Assembly (NCBI GenBank): GCA_964462545.1
Contig: CAYWXR010000007.1
Coordinates: 1,581-65,580 of the forward strand
Direction of reading: 5' to 3'
DNA from: an uncultured Thermomicrobiales bacterium
GTDB lineage: Bacteria > Chloroflexota > Chloroflexia > Thermomicrobiales > CFX8
Length of the DNA: 64,000 nt
A program made the position numbers and the translations under genes. This document shows, one piece after another, positions 27,272 through 36,015 of this stretch. The notes beneath the pieces were generated by a model. That model was not told the origin of the DNA and made no database searches. It saw only the letters and a list, made by a program, of their open reading frames with translations. Numbering within the stretch: position 1 is the first letter of the stretch; each line of letters opens with the position of its first letter.

Positions 27272-28086
27272 CGGCAACCACCATCCCACAGATTGTTGAT
27301 ACACGGATCACCCGCGTGTTTGAAAAGACCCGTGCCGAAGGCCGGGCTGCGATCATGCCGTTCATGACCGCCTGCTACCCGGAAGTGGATAGCACCCCGG
27401 AAATGCTCAAGGCGCTGATCGACGGTGGGGCTGACCTGATCGAACTCGGTATCCCGTTTAGCGACCCGATTGCCGACGGGCCAACCGTACAGCGCTCAAG
27501 CCAACGGGCGTTGGATAACGGGTTTACGCCGGACAAGGCGTTTGCCGCTGTAGAGCAGCTCAGGGCAGAGGGTATTGATACTCCGATTGTGTTCATGGGA
27601 TACTACAACCCGGTGTATGCCTACGGGCAGGAAGCGTATGTTGCAGAGTGTGCGAGAGTTGGCGTAGACGGGCTGATCATCCCGGATTTGCCACCAGAGG
27701 AAAGTGACCAGCTACTTGAAGCCTGCAGCAGGCACAATGTCCACCTCATCTATCTCCTCGCTCCGACGAGCACGCCGGAGCGGATGGAAGCAGTCTTGCA
27801 ACGCGCAAACGGCTTCATCTACCTCGTTGCGGTCACCGGAGTCACCGGAGCTCGAAGTGAACTTCAGGCTGGACTCGCCGACTATGTCGCGCGCGTGCGG
27901 GGGAACACCAGTCTACCTTTAGCCATCGGATTCGGAATCTCGACCCGTGACCATGTGGTTGCTGCCGAGAAACTGGCCGATGGCGTGATTTGTGCCAGCG
28001 CGTTGATCGATAGATTGGAACGCGCACCGTCTGATGAGCTGCTGGTGGAAGCGCGAGACTTTGTCCGTTACCTCCGCGGCAGCTAA
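27268..28086 (+). CDS. trpA: tryptophan synthase alpha chain
   Basis: 272 aa. ..[22 protein letters not shown].., ..GFGIS.. Confidence 0.95.
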   Translation: MTATTIPQIVDTRITRVFEKTRAEGRAAIMPFMTACYPEVDSTPEMLKALIDGGADLIELGIPFSDPIADGPTVQRSSQRALDNGFTPDKAFAAVEQLRAEGIDTPIVFMGYYNPVYAYGQEAYVAECARVGVDGLIIPDLPPEESDQLLEACSRHNVHLIYLLAPTSTPERMEAVLQRANGFIYLVAVTGVTGARSELQAGLADYVARVRGNTSLPLAIGFGISTRDHVVAAEKLADGVICASALIDRLERAPSDELLVEARDFVRYLRGS

Positions 28087-28128
28087 TGCCAGCGGGCGAA
28101 ACTGCCCGTGGAGAGGTACACAGATTTC

Positions 28129-28512
28129 ATGACCTGCCGGGCTATTCGCGGGGCAACTACCGCGAAATCGAACACCGCCGAGGATATTCACGAAGCGACC
28201 ACCGAAATGTTGCGGACGCTTCTGGCGCTTAACGAACTTGAGACGGATGACCTGGTGAGCCTTTGGTTCACGACGACCGTTGACCTGAATGCGACCTTCC
28301 CGGCAGTCGCGGCACGAGAACTTGGCCTGGATCAGATTCCGCTGATGTGCGCTCATGAGATGAACGTTCCGGGCGCACTCGACCATGTGGTGCGGGTGCT
28401 GGTCCATGTGAACAGCGACAAGAAACCATCCGAGATTCGACACGTCTATTTGCGCAGGGCGATTGAACTGCGTCCTGAGTGGGGAGTGGAACCGGTACCG
28501 GCTGACGCCTGA
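28129..28512 (+). CDS. aroH: chorismate mutase, AroH class
   Basis: MTCRAIRGATTAKSNTAEDI..VDLNATFPAVAAREL..IRHVYLRRAIELRP aligns along its length with my memory of Bacillus subtilis AroH (MMIRGIRGATTV..). The ORF is open from GTG 28108, so the start is uncertain. Confidence 0.85.
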   Translation: MTCRAIRGATTAKSNTAEDIHEATTEMLRTLLALNELETDDLVSLWFTTTVDLNATFPAVAARELGLDQIPLMCAHEMNVPGALDHVVRVLVHVNSDKKPSEIRHVYLRRAIELRPEWGVEPVPADA

Positions 28513-28545
28513 GCCTCCGGGAACCGCGTTGAGAGGGAATAACCC

Positions 28546-29592
28546 GTGATAGTCATTATGAAGGCCGGCTACGACCGGAACGAACTGGACGCCGTGGTGT
28601 CCAGGATCGAGGAGGAGGGGCTGCGGACCCACCTGTCCATCGGGGACAACACTGCAATCGTCGGTGTGGTCGGCATCCCGATTCCGCCGGAACTCCAGGA
28701 ATCACTGGAGACGATGGGTGGCGTCGAGAGCGTCCTCCGCGTGACCAAGCGCTACAAACTGGCCAGCCGCGAGTTCCACCCGGCACCGACGACATTCACC
28801 GTGCGGGATGTCACCATCGGTGGCGATGAAGTGGTTGTCATCGGCGGCCCATGCTCGGTTGAGTCGGAAGAGCAGACGATGGAGACAGCCAAGGCAGTCA
28901 AGGCTGCCGGCGCCCGGATCCTCCGGGGTGGCGCCTTCAAGCCGCGCACCTCGCCCTACGAGTTCCGTGGTCTTGGCATCGATGGTCTGAAGATTCTTGA
29001 CAACGTGCGTGCCGAAACCGGCCTGCCGATCATCACCGAGGTGCTGACTCCGGCCGATGTCGAGGCTGTGGCCGAGTACTCGGACATTCTCCAGATCGGT
29101 GCTCGAAACTGCCAGAACTACCTGCTGCTTGAAGAGGCCGGCAAGACCAATCGCCCGGTGATGCTCAAGCGCGGTATGAGTGTCCAGATCGAGGAGTGGC
29201 TCTCCGCTGCCGAATACGTGATGGCCCAGGGCAATCCGAATGTCATCATGTGCGAGCGCGGCATCCGCACCTTCGAACCGATCACCCGCAACACCTTCGA
29301 CGTTTCTGCAATTCCGGTGATCAAGCGCCTGAGCCACCTTCCGGTGTTTGGTGACCCGAGCCATGGAACTGGCAAGTGGTATCTGGTGCCGGCAATGGCA
29401 ATGGCGGCGGTTGCCAGCGGTGCCGACGGCCTGATGATTGAGGTTCACCCGAACCCTGACCATGCCAAGTCCGACGGCGCCCAGTCGCTCACCTTCGAGA
29501 ACTTTGCCGCCCTGATGCCGCAGTTGCGGGCTGTTGCCCACGCTGTCGGCCGCGCCTTTGCCGAGGAATCGGAACTGGCATACGCAGACTAG
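28546..29592 (+). CDS. aroF: 3-deoxy-7-phosphoheptulonate (DAHP) synthase, type I-beta with N-terminal ferredoxin-like regulatory domain, paralog 1
   Basis: 348 aa. The N-terminal [26 protein letters not shown].. domain (as in Thermotoga DAHPS), then ..[10 protein letters not shown].., ..[19 protein letters not shown].., ..GDPSH.. Confidence 0.93.
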   Translation: MIVIMKAGYDRNELDAVVSRIEEEGLRTHLSIGDNTAIVGVVGIPIPPELQESLETMGGVESVLRVTKRYKLASREFHPAPTTFTVRDVTIGGDEVVVIGGPCSVESEEQTMETAKAVKAAGARILRGGAFKPRTSPYEFRGLGIDGLKILDNVRAETGLPIITEVLTPADVEAVAEYSDILQIGARNCQNYLLLEEAGKTNRPVMLKRGMSVQIEEWLSAAEYVMAQGNPNVIMCERGIRTFEPITRNTFDVSAIPVIKRLSHLPVFGDPSHGTGKWYLVPAMAMAAVASGADGLMIEVHPNPDHAKSDGAQSLTFENFAALMPQLRAVAHAVGRAFAEESELAYAD

Positions 29593-29618
29593 TTCTCCGG
29601 GAACGCAAGATCCAGACG

Positions 29619-29651
29619 AAGGGGGCAGGCGATCATCGCCCGCCCCCTTTT
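29619..29651 (+). terminator. intrinsic terminator ending the trp/aro operon
   Basis: AAGGGGGCAGGCGA-tca-TCGCCCGCCCCCTT stem (one mismatch) followed by TTTT. Confidence 0.75.
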
Positions 29652-29690
29652 CATGTTCAACAGAATGTTCAACGGCCCCAACGGGAACGG

Positions 29691-29718
29691 AAAAGCCGGC
29701 CACAAAGGGCCGGCTTTT
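29691..29718. terminator. bidirectional hairpin terminator
   Basis: AAAAGCCGGCC-acaaag-GGCCGGCTTTT. There are U-runs on both strands (plus: TTTTCGGGTTTTT). It serves as the 3' end of the minus-strand mini transcription unit. Confidence 0.65.
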
Positions 29719-29752
29719 CGGGTTTTTGGGCAATCACCGCGAGGTGACAGAC

Positions 29753-29797
29753 TTAGCTGGCAGCCTCCACGGTGATGCCCGTACCATGACTACTCAT
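29753..29797 (-). CDS. candidate 14-codon micro-ORF (MSSHGTGITVEAAS) inside an orphan small transcription unit; may instead be a non-coding RNA
   Basis: Extended SD GAAGGAGGTGAT (complement of 29807-29818) sits 10 nt upstream of ATG 29797. The unit has its own promoter (29857-29885) and terminator (29691-29718). The peptide has no recognisable features. Confidence 0.3.
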   Translation of the reverse strand: MSSHGTGITVEAAS

Positions 29798-29856
29798 TAC
29801 TTGGCATCACCTCCTTCGCCCTGCTTGGTCTATGCGAAAGAACGCCGATAGCAGGT

Positions 29857-29885
29857 AGCTTATCAACCGGTGGGGGGTCTGTCAA
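29857..29885 (-). promoter_or_regulatory. promoter of orphan small transcription unit
   Basis: Minus strand: TTGACA (29885-29880), 17 nt, TAAGCT (29862-29857). It starts 8 nt after the LysM gene stop. Confidence 0.5.
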
Positions 29886-29892
29886 TGGCAGA

Positions 29893-30285
29893 TTACTGTG
29901 CCTGTTCAGGCGGGATAATCAACTCTTGTCCAACCCAAATGTCATTCGGGTCAGAAAGCCCATTTACTTCAACAAGTGTGGCAATATCCAGTCCAAACTT
30001 CACGGCAATTCCATAGAGCGTATCGTTCTCGGCAACGATATATGTCTCCGGGCGTTCCTGGGTTGGGGCCGCCTCGGTGGCCACCGCAACGGCAGTTGGA
30101 TCGACCGGCGTTGGCGTCACGATAGTGATCGGTGGGGCATTCGTTGCTGTCGCCACGGGGTCGGATGCACCGGGTGTTGCCTCGCCCTCATCATCCGAGA
30201 GGGGGTTGCTGCAACCGGCAAGCAGCAAACCTGTGAATACGAGGAGCAGTACTGTACGGGTGAGCAGCGGGTGGAATCGGATCAC
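29893..30285 (-). CDS. LysM domain lipoprotein
   Basis: Signal peptide with lipobox LLLAGC-S, a Pro/Thr/Ala linker, and a C-terminal LysM (TYIVAENDTLYGIAVKFGLDIATLVEVNGL..VGQELIIP). GTG 30285 has GGAG 6 nt upstream. The ORF is open to 30312. Confidence 0.8.
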   Translation of the reverse strand: MIRFHPLLTRTVLLLVFTGLLLAGCSNPLSDDEGEATPGASDPVATATNAPPITIVTPTPVDPTAVAVATEAAPTQERPETYIVAENDTLYGIAVKFGLDIATLVEVNGLSDPNDIWVGQELIIPPEQAQ

Positions 30286-30359
30286 GAAACACTCCGTCGG
30301 GGCAGGGATCAACCTTCGAGTGTCAAGGATAGATCAGCAGGGTGCTGCTTGCCACCGCT

Positions 30360-30608
30360 CTAGTCGCCAAACAGACGACGTTGCAGTTCGGAAATGCGAT
30401 CCAGACGGCGTTGACGTTCGTCCGGCTCCTGTTCAAACGAAGCCAGCAGCACATCACCAACCTTCGTGCCATCCGGTAGCAGGTGCAACGGAATGTAGAG
30501 AAGATCACCCTCATCGGTCACCAACGCTGCCAGCGACTGATCGTCCGGGTCGGGCCCGATCTCGTCGACTGTCAATCTGAGGCGGCTGTTCGTGGCGTCA
30601 GTTTCCAT
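30360..30608 (-). CDS. DUF3006 domain protein
   Basis: From ATG 30608: METDATNSRLRLTVDEIGPD..DEGDLLYIPLHLLPDGTKVGDVLL.. matches the DUF3006 pattern. It overlaps the upstream MBL gene by 11 nt. The longer ORF to 30746 would overlap that gene heavily. Confidence 0.65.
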   Translation of the reverse strand: METDATNSRLRLTVDEIGPDPDDQSLAALVTDEGDLLYIPLHLLPDGTKVGDVLLASFEQEPDERQRRLDRISELQRRLFGD

Positions 30609-31581
30609 CTTCAGATGTCCTGTCGACTGTCGTGGTAAAGCGTTCGCCGTCGGTGATGAACTCGATGGTGCCGTCGAAATCCGTCCGGTGAATGACCAGT
30701 CCGCGGAAGCGCAAGCGCACCATGACCTCGTCGTGCGGGTGACCATACGGATTGTTGAACCCGACCGGGATTACCGCAACGCTGGGCTTTACTGCGTCGA
30801 GGAAGGCAGCAGAACTGGATGTCCGGCTGCCATGATGAGCAACCACCAGCACATCCGATTGCAGTTGGTCGTTGGTGTAACGCTCGACCAGCGTTGCCTC
30901 GGCTTCACTCTCGATGTCACCGGTCAGCAGGAACCTGACGTCTCCGAACGAGATCTGCAGCACGGCGCTGTTCTCGTTTGAGTCTGGTTCGCCCGAGTCC
31001 ATGATGAATGGCTGCTCCGGCCAGAGGAATTCGGCTCGTACTCCCGGCCCGAGGTCCAGGGTAAGTCCCGGCACTGCCCTGATCGGGTTAACGTTGTCGC
31101 GGATGATTCGCTCCAGCACGTGTTGGTAGGTCTGGCTGGTAGTGGGGATGACCGGGTCTACAAAGTTGTGGACTGTCATCCGGTCGAGCAAGCGTGGCAT
31201 TCCACCGATGTGGTCCTGATCCGGATGTGACAACACGAGATAGTCGATCTCATCAACGCCCAGTTCATGCAGGTAGGGAATCAGCAGCGACTCTACCCGG
31301 TCGCCCGATCTACCGGCGTCGTAGACAAGCGACGTGCCATCCGGTGCAACCACGACAACCGAGAGCGCCTGACCAACATCCATCACCGCAACGGTCATCA
31401 GGTCCTGGGTAACCTCGACGGTTCCCTGGCGGTCGGGTGGCTGGGTTGGTGGTTGGGGGATGATGTCAACCGGCAGGAGCGCCAGCGCGACGATGACGCA
31501 GACGATCAGGCTCAGGATGCCGATAACGGCCGCGGCGGCCAGACAGGTTCTCGCCGCGGAGGCGTTTTCCGATGGTCTCAC
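30598..31581 (-). CDS. membrane-anchored MBL-fold hydrolase, ComEC C-terminal-domain-like
   Basis: 327 aa. N-terminal TM helix, ..VMDVGQALSVVV.., metal motif SHPDQDHIGG, ..LLTGDIE.., ..VAHHGS.. It is paired with DUF3006, as is often seen. Confidence 0.8.
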   Translation of the reverse strand: MRPSENASAARTCLAAAAVIGILSLIVCVIVALALLPVDIIPQPPTQPPDRQGTVEVTQDLMTVAVMDVGQALSVVVVAPDGTSLVYDAGRSGDRVESLLIPYLHELGVDEIDYLVLSHPDQDHIGGMPRLLDRMTVHNFVDPVIPTTSQTYQHVLERIIRDNVNPIRAVPGLTLDLGPGVRAEFLWPEQPFIMDSGEPDSNENSAVLQISFGDVRFLLTGDIESEAEATLVERYTNDQLQSDVLVVAHHGSRTSSSAAFLDAVKPSVAVIPVGFNNPYGHPHDEVMVRLRFRGLVIHRTDFDGTIEFITDGERFTTTVDRTSEDGN

Positions 31582-31594
31582 ACGGCCTCGCTTG

Positions 31595-32191
31595 CTAATG
31601 ACTGGCTGGGTCGGACTTCATGACCTTCCAGACGTGGAACAGCCGGTGTGCCGCCGTCAACTGGGTCAGGATAGCCAGTGCCCACATGCCCCACTCCGGG
31701 CGGGAGAAGATCAACGCCACAGCCAGGATGATGACACGTTCGAGGCGTTGGGCGAACCCCACGTTTCCCTGGATGCCGATCAATTCGGCTTTTGCCCGGA
31801 CGTAGGAGATGATCAGCGAACCACAGATCGCGATGTAGGTGAGCAGGATTGGCGTTGTGCCGGCGTCATTCAGCGTGAAATACACCAGCACACCGCCCAG
31901 GACAACGGCGTCTGAATACCGGTCGAAGGTGCTGTCGAGGAAGGCGCCGAAGCGGGTGGTTTGACCGGTGGCACGTGCTACCGCGCCATCCAGTGCATCC
32001 CATCCTCCGGAGACCAGCAGCATTACCCCGCCAAGGATCAGGTTGCCCGAAGCAATGATGGCTGCCACCACCACGTTCAGTCCCAGTCCAATGAATGTCA
32101 GTGCGTTTGGCGTGAGATGGGTTCGGGCAACGATACGGCCGAGGCCGCCGATCCGGTCGCGGAACTTGTTCGCAAACCTGGTACTAACCAT
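31595..32191 (-). CDS. CDP-alcohol phosphatidyltransferase (phosphatidylinositol-phosphate synthase-like)
   Basis: 198 aa polytopic protein. The signature is DALDGAVARATGQTTRFGAFLDSTFDRYSD, matching D(x2)DG(x2)AR..G(x3)D(x3)D. It overlaps the upstream GT4 gene by 8 nt. Confidence 0.88.
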   Translation of the reverse strand: MVSTRFANKFRDRIGGLGRIVARTHLTPNALTFIGLGLNVVVAAIIASGNLILGGVMLLVSGGWDALDGAVARATGQTTRFGAFLDSTFDRYSDAVVLGGVLVYFTLNDAGTTPILLTYIAICGSLIISYVRAKAELIGIQGNVGFAQRLERVIILAVALIFSRPEWGMWALAILTQLTAAHRLFHVWKVMKSDPASH

Positions 32192-33368
32192 CGGAGGCCA
32201 CCAGATCTGCCGGAGCCTGGGTCAAGACCGGGCGATCAGATGTTGCCCTGGCGCGGATGGCGTTGTCATAAACATCCAACAACCGGCCCGCAACCCGGTC
32301 CCAGTTATATTGCTGTACGTCATCGAGAGCTTTGGTAATAATGCTCGTCCTCAGTTCGGTATCGGAGAGCAGCCGCACCAGCCCGAGAGCCAGGCTGTAT
32401 TCATCTTTCGGCTCAACCAGAATGCCGGTCTCGCCGTTGCGGATGACTCCCTTGAATCCGGTGATTGCCGAGGCGACCACCGGCGTGCCGGATGCCATTG
32501 CCTCGACCAGAATAATTCCAAAAGATTCCTGCCCTGTGTTTGGCGCACAGAACACATCGGCAGTGGCGTAATACCGGGCCTTGGTAGCGGCATCGGTGAA
32601 TCCGGTGAACACTACGTCTTCCGGGCCGATGCCGTTCTGCCGCATGAAGCGGTCATGCCGGTCGGTCGCACCCTTGCCGACAACGATTAGCCTGGCATCG
32701 GGGAACTGCTCACGCACGAGAGGGAACGCTTTCAGGAGATAGCGGAAGCCCTTGCGTGACTCGTTGAAACGGCCGACAAAGAGGATATTCTTGCGACCAT
32801 CCCTGAACTTCTCGATCGGGGTCAGATTCGGGCTGAACTCCTCGAGATTGATGCCGTTCGGCACGATCTGGTAGTCCCCCGGAAAATGGTTATCGGCAAA
32901 TTCGCGTGCAGCTTCGGAGACCGCGACCAATCCGTCGAGTTTGTCGAAGAACATGTCGAGGATCGCCTTGGTGTAGAGATAGAGAACGTTGGACGATCGC
33001 GCTGCATGGAATGTGCCAACGTTGGCAGACCGGGAAAAGAGCAGGGTAGCCAACGGCAACATCGGGGCGAGCGGTTCGTGCAAGTGGATGACATCGAACT
33101 GCTCGTTGTCCAGAAACTGCCGAACCTTGTTGATCACCAGCGGTGACAGGGTGACACGGGCCGTCGAACCGTTTGACGGAATTGGCACTGCATGGCCTAC
33201 GCGATAGAGGTGTCCATCATCATCCTCGCCGTGTTCGATCGTCGTTGGTGCAAGGATACGTGTCTGATGACCCATCGCCTGAAAGCGTCGGTCGAGTTGG
33301 ATGATGTGCTCGTTGACACCGCCAGCAGAGCTGAAGTCAAACGGCGATACAAACAGGATTCTCATCAA
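32184..33368 (-). CDS. GT4 family glycosyltransferase (PimA-like)
   Basis: 394 aa. MMRILFVSPF.., GT-B layout, C-terminal E..FGIILVEAMASGTPVV motif. Confidence 0.85.
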   Translation of the reverse strand: MMRILFVSPFDFSSAGGVNEHIIQLDRRFQAMGHQTRILAPTTIEHGEDDDGHLYRVGHAVPIPSNGSTARVTLSPLVINKVRQFLDNEQFDVIHLHEPLAPMLPLATLLFSRSANVGTFHAARSSNVLYLYTKAILDMFFDKLDGLVAVSEAAREFADNHFPGDYQIVPNGINLEEFSPNLTPIEKFRDGRKNILFVGRFNESRKGFRYLLKAFPLVREQFPDARLIVVGKGATDRHDRFMRQNGIGPEDVVFTGFTDAATKARYYATADVFCAPNTGQESFGIILVEAMASGTPVVASAITGFKGVIRNGETGILVEPKDEYSLALGLVRLLSDTELRTSIITKALDDVQQYNWDRVAGRLLDVYDNAIRARATSDRPVLTQAPADLVASDG

Positions 33369-33476
33369 CGGCCCATCGAAGTTGTAGCGGCCATGCCGGC
33401 TCCTGGTTCAGCCAATGTCCGGAACAGGAATTCTCCCGGCTCCATTATAGCCGGGATGATGCCGGCCGGTGCCGGG

Positions 33477-34283
33477 CTACATCAGGCCTTTATGTGCCCC
33501 GCCGTCAATCTGCAGTGTGATACCGGTCACATAGCTGGCTGCCGGCGATGCCAGGAAGGTGACAACGTTAGCGAATTCTTCAGGTTCACCAACCCGGCCC
33601 AGAGGAATGCCGGCGCCCTGATTGGCGATGGCTTCATCCAGCGGAATACCCTGTGATTCGGCCTGCTGGCGTGCGAGGTTGATAATCCGGTCGGTGCGGG
33701 TCGGGCCGGGGCCGACGCTGTTCACCCGGATGTTGTAGACGCCGAGCTCATTGGCCATCGACTTTGCCAGACCAATGACGCCGGCACGGGCGGTATTGGA
33801 GAGGATCAAACCACCCAGTGGCTGCTTGACTGCCAGCGAGGTGATGTTCACGATGGAACCGCCACCCTGCTCCTTCATCGAGGGCACGACCGCCTTGCAG
33901 AGCCGGACGGTGCTCATGAGGTTGAGGTTGACTGCTGCCTCGAAGTCATCCGGGTTGAAGGTTTCAAACGAACCAGGTGGCGGGCCGCCTGCGTTGGTGA
34001 TGAGGATGTCGATCTTGCCAAATCGTGAGATCGTTTCGTTGACCAGACGATCAATGTCTTCCTGCCGGGTCACATCGGCAACGATCCCGATTGCGTCGCC
34101 ACCATTTTCGTAGCGGGTTGCTTCGGCCCGGACCTCTTCAGCGGCCGCCTCGATAGCTTCAGCCGTGCGTGAGCACATGACAACGCGGGCACCCTCACGA
34201 GCCAACTGGATAGCCGTGGCCTTGCCCAGTCCCTTGCTCGATGCCGCGACGATTGCGACTTTTCCCTGCAACCCGAGATCCAT
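33477..34283 (-). CDS. atypical SDR-family oxidoreductase (BKR-like), paralog 2
   Basis: 268 aa. MDLGLQGKVAIVAASSKGLGKA.., NAGG, and LSNTAR in place of YxxxK. Paralog of 9048-9848. Confidence 0.8.
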   Translation of the reverse strand: MDLGLQGKVAIVAASSKGLGKATAIQLAREGARVVMCSRTAEAIEAAAEEVRAEATRYENGGDAIGIVADVTRQEDIDRLVNETISRFGKIDILITNAGGPPPGSFETFNPDDFEAAVNLNLMSTVRLCKAVVPSMKEQGGGSIVNITSLAVKQPLGGLILSNTARAGVIGLAKSMANELGVYNIRVNSVGPGPTRTDRIINLARQQAESQGIPLDEAIANQGAGIPLGRVGEPEEFANVVTFLASPAASYVTGITLQIDGGAHKGLM

Positions 34284-34431
34284 TGGATTTGTGCCCCTTC
34301 GTTACCCGACTTCGTTTCCGGACATACGGTAGCAAGGACCGCCGGATTTCGCCATGCTTTCTGGCAGAAGCGGAAAGGGCCGGTCCCTGGTTTCCCGGGT
34401 TCCGGCCCTTTGCCTTGTTGAGTGGATGAAT

Positions 34432-35973
34432 CTAGATGTGCGTGCGGTAGTTCGGCGCTTCCTTGGTGATCATCACATCGTGCGGGTGGCTCTCGCGGAG
34501 ACCAGCCGAGGTGATGCGCACGAACTGGGTCTTGGTCATCAGATCCTCGATGGTGCGGGACCCGGTGTAGCCCATCGACGAGCGCAGTCCGCCGACCAGT
34601 TGATACACAATGTTCGAGAGCGTGCCCTTGTAGGCAACACGGCCCTCGATGCCCTCCGGCACGAACTTCTGGATCGACTCGATATCCTGCTGGTAGTAGC
34701 GGTCCTTCGAGAACGATCGGGTCTTCATGGCACCGAGTGATCCCATGCCCCGGTATTCCTTGTAGCGCTCGCCCTGGTAGAGGACGACTTCGCCCGGGCT
34801 TTCATCGGTGCCGGCCAGCAGGCTGCCGAGCATCACCGAGCTTGCGCCGGCTGCGATGGCCTTGGCAATGTCGCCGGAATACTGGATGCCGCCATCAGCA
34901 ATCAGCGGGATGTTGTTGCGGGCGGCAACGTTGGCGCAATCGAGCACCGCCGAGATCTGCGGGACACCTATTCCGGCCACGATGCGGGTGGTGCAGATCG
35001 ATCCAGGGCCAACGCCAACCTTCACGGCATCGGCGCCAACCTCGATCATCGCTGCGGTACCCTCGCCGGAGATCGCGTTGCCGGCGACCACATCGACATT
35101 CCAGCGCCGCTTGATCTCGTAGACGGTTTGCAGCACCGACTCGGTGAAGCCATGAGCCGCGTCGACGATCAGTACGTCAACATTGGCGGCGCAAAGTGCC
35201 TCGGCCCGGCGCAAACCCTCTTCCGGGCCGACACCGACTGCAGCAGCGACGCGGAGGCGTCCCTGGGCGTCCTTGGTGGCATTGGGATAGAGGATGCGCT
35301 TCTGGATGTCCTTGGTGGTGATCAGGCCGCGCAGGCGTCCCTCTTCATCGACGACCGGGAGTTTCTCGACCTTGTACTTGTGGAGGACTTCCTTGGCCTC
35401 ATCGAGGGTGGTTCCGACAGCAACCGTGATCAGGTTTTCGCTGGTCATCAGATTTGAGATCGGCTGGTCGACGTTGTCCTCGAACCGCAGGTCACGGTTG
35501 GTGAGAATGCCAACCAGCATGCCCCGTTCGTCGGTAATCGGCACACCGGAGATGTGATAACGCTCCATGACGGCCAGCGCATCGGCAACCTTGTCATCGG
35601 CCCGGAGAGTTACCGGTTCGACGATCATGCCGGATTCACTGCGCTTGACCTTGTCGACCTCGGCTACCTGGTCCTCGATCGAAAGGTTTCGGTGGATGAC
35701 ACCGATTCCGCCTTCGCGGGCGAGGGCGATCGCCATCCGTGCCTCGGTGACGGTGTCCATTGCTGCGGAAACCAGCGGGATGGCGAGTCTGATATTCGGG
35801 GTGAACCATGTTGACGTATCCACCTGGCTGGGCATGATATCGGAGCGAGCCGGCAGCAGCAGGACGTCGTCAAATGTCAGACCGGTGCCGACAATGCGCG
35901 AGGATAGCTGCGAATCGGCAGCGTCCCGGGCATACCCGGTGAATTGAACGTCTGGTTCGTTGATGATCTTCAT
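34432..35973 (-). CDS. guaB: IMP dehydrogenase
   Basis: 513 aa. ..[10 protein letters not shown].., ..[12 protein letters not shown].., CBS pair, catalytic ..[11 protein letters not shown].. Confidence 0.97.
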   Translation of the reverse strand: MKIINEPDVQFTGYARDAADSQLSSRIVGTGLTFDDVLLLPARSDIMPSQVDTSTWFTPNIRLAIPLVSAAMDTVTEARMAIALAREGGIGVIHRNLSIEDQVAEVDKVKRSESGMIVEPVTLRADDKVADALAVMERYHISGVPITDERGMLVGILTNRDLRFEDNVDQPISNLMTSENLITVAVGTTLDEAKEVLHKYKVEKLPVVDEEGRLRGLITTKDIQKRILYPNATKDAQGRLRVAAAVGVGPEEGLRRAEALCAANVDVLIVDAAHGFTESVLQTVYEIKRRWNVDVVAGNAISGEGTAAMIEVGADAVKVGVGPGSICTTRIVAGIGVPQISAVLDCANVAARNNIPLIADGGIQYSGDIAKAIAAGASSVMLGSLLAGTDESPGEVVLYQGERYKEYRGMGSLGAMKTRSFSKDRYYQQDIESIQKFVPEGIEGRVAYKGTLSNIVYQLVGGLRSSMGYTGSRTIEDLMTKTQFVRITSAGLRESHPHDVMITKEAPNYRTHI

Positions 35974-36015
35974 CCGGCGGTCTCCATTCGGTTGAAAGCC
36001 ACGAGCACCTGCAAA

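Noticed and set aside
28702-29733. 343-aa minus-strand ORF (and the analogous 373-aa ORF at 37020-38141)
   Set aside because: Both lie antisense to the two DAHP synthase genes. They are shadow ORFs.
29804-29820. GGCATCACCTCCTTCGCC on the plus strand resembles the 3' end of 16S rRNA (GATCACCTCCTT)
   Set aside because: There is no rRNA context on either side. It is simply the complement of an extended Shine-Dalgarno on the minus strand, discussed as part of the orphan mini-unit.
34370-34412. 10-bp stem AAAGGGCCGG / CCGGCCCTTT after guaB
   Set aside because: The loop is 18 nt and no U-run follows on the guaB strand, so I do not call it an intrinsic terminator. It may still be a processing or protein-binding site.
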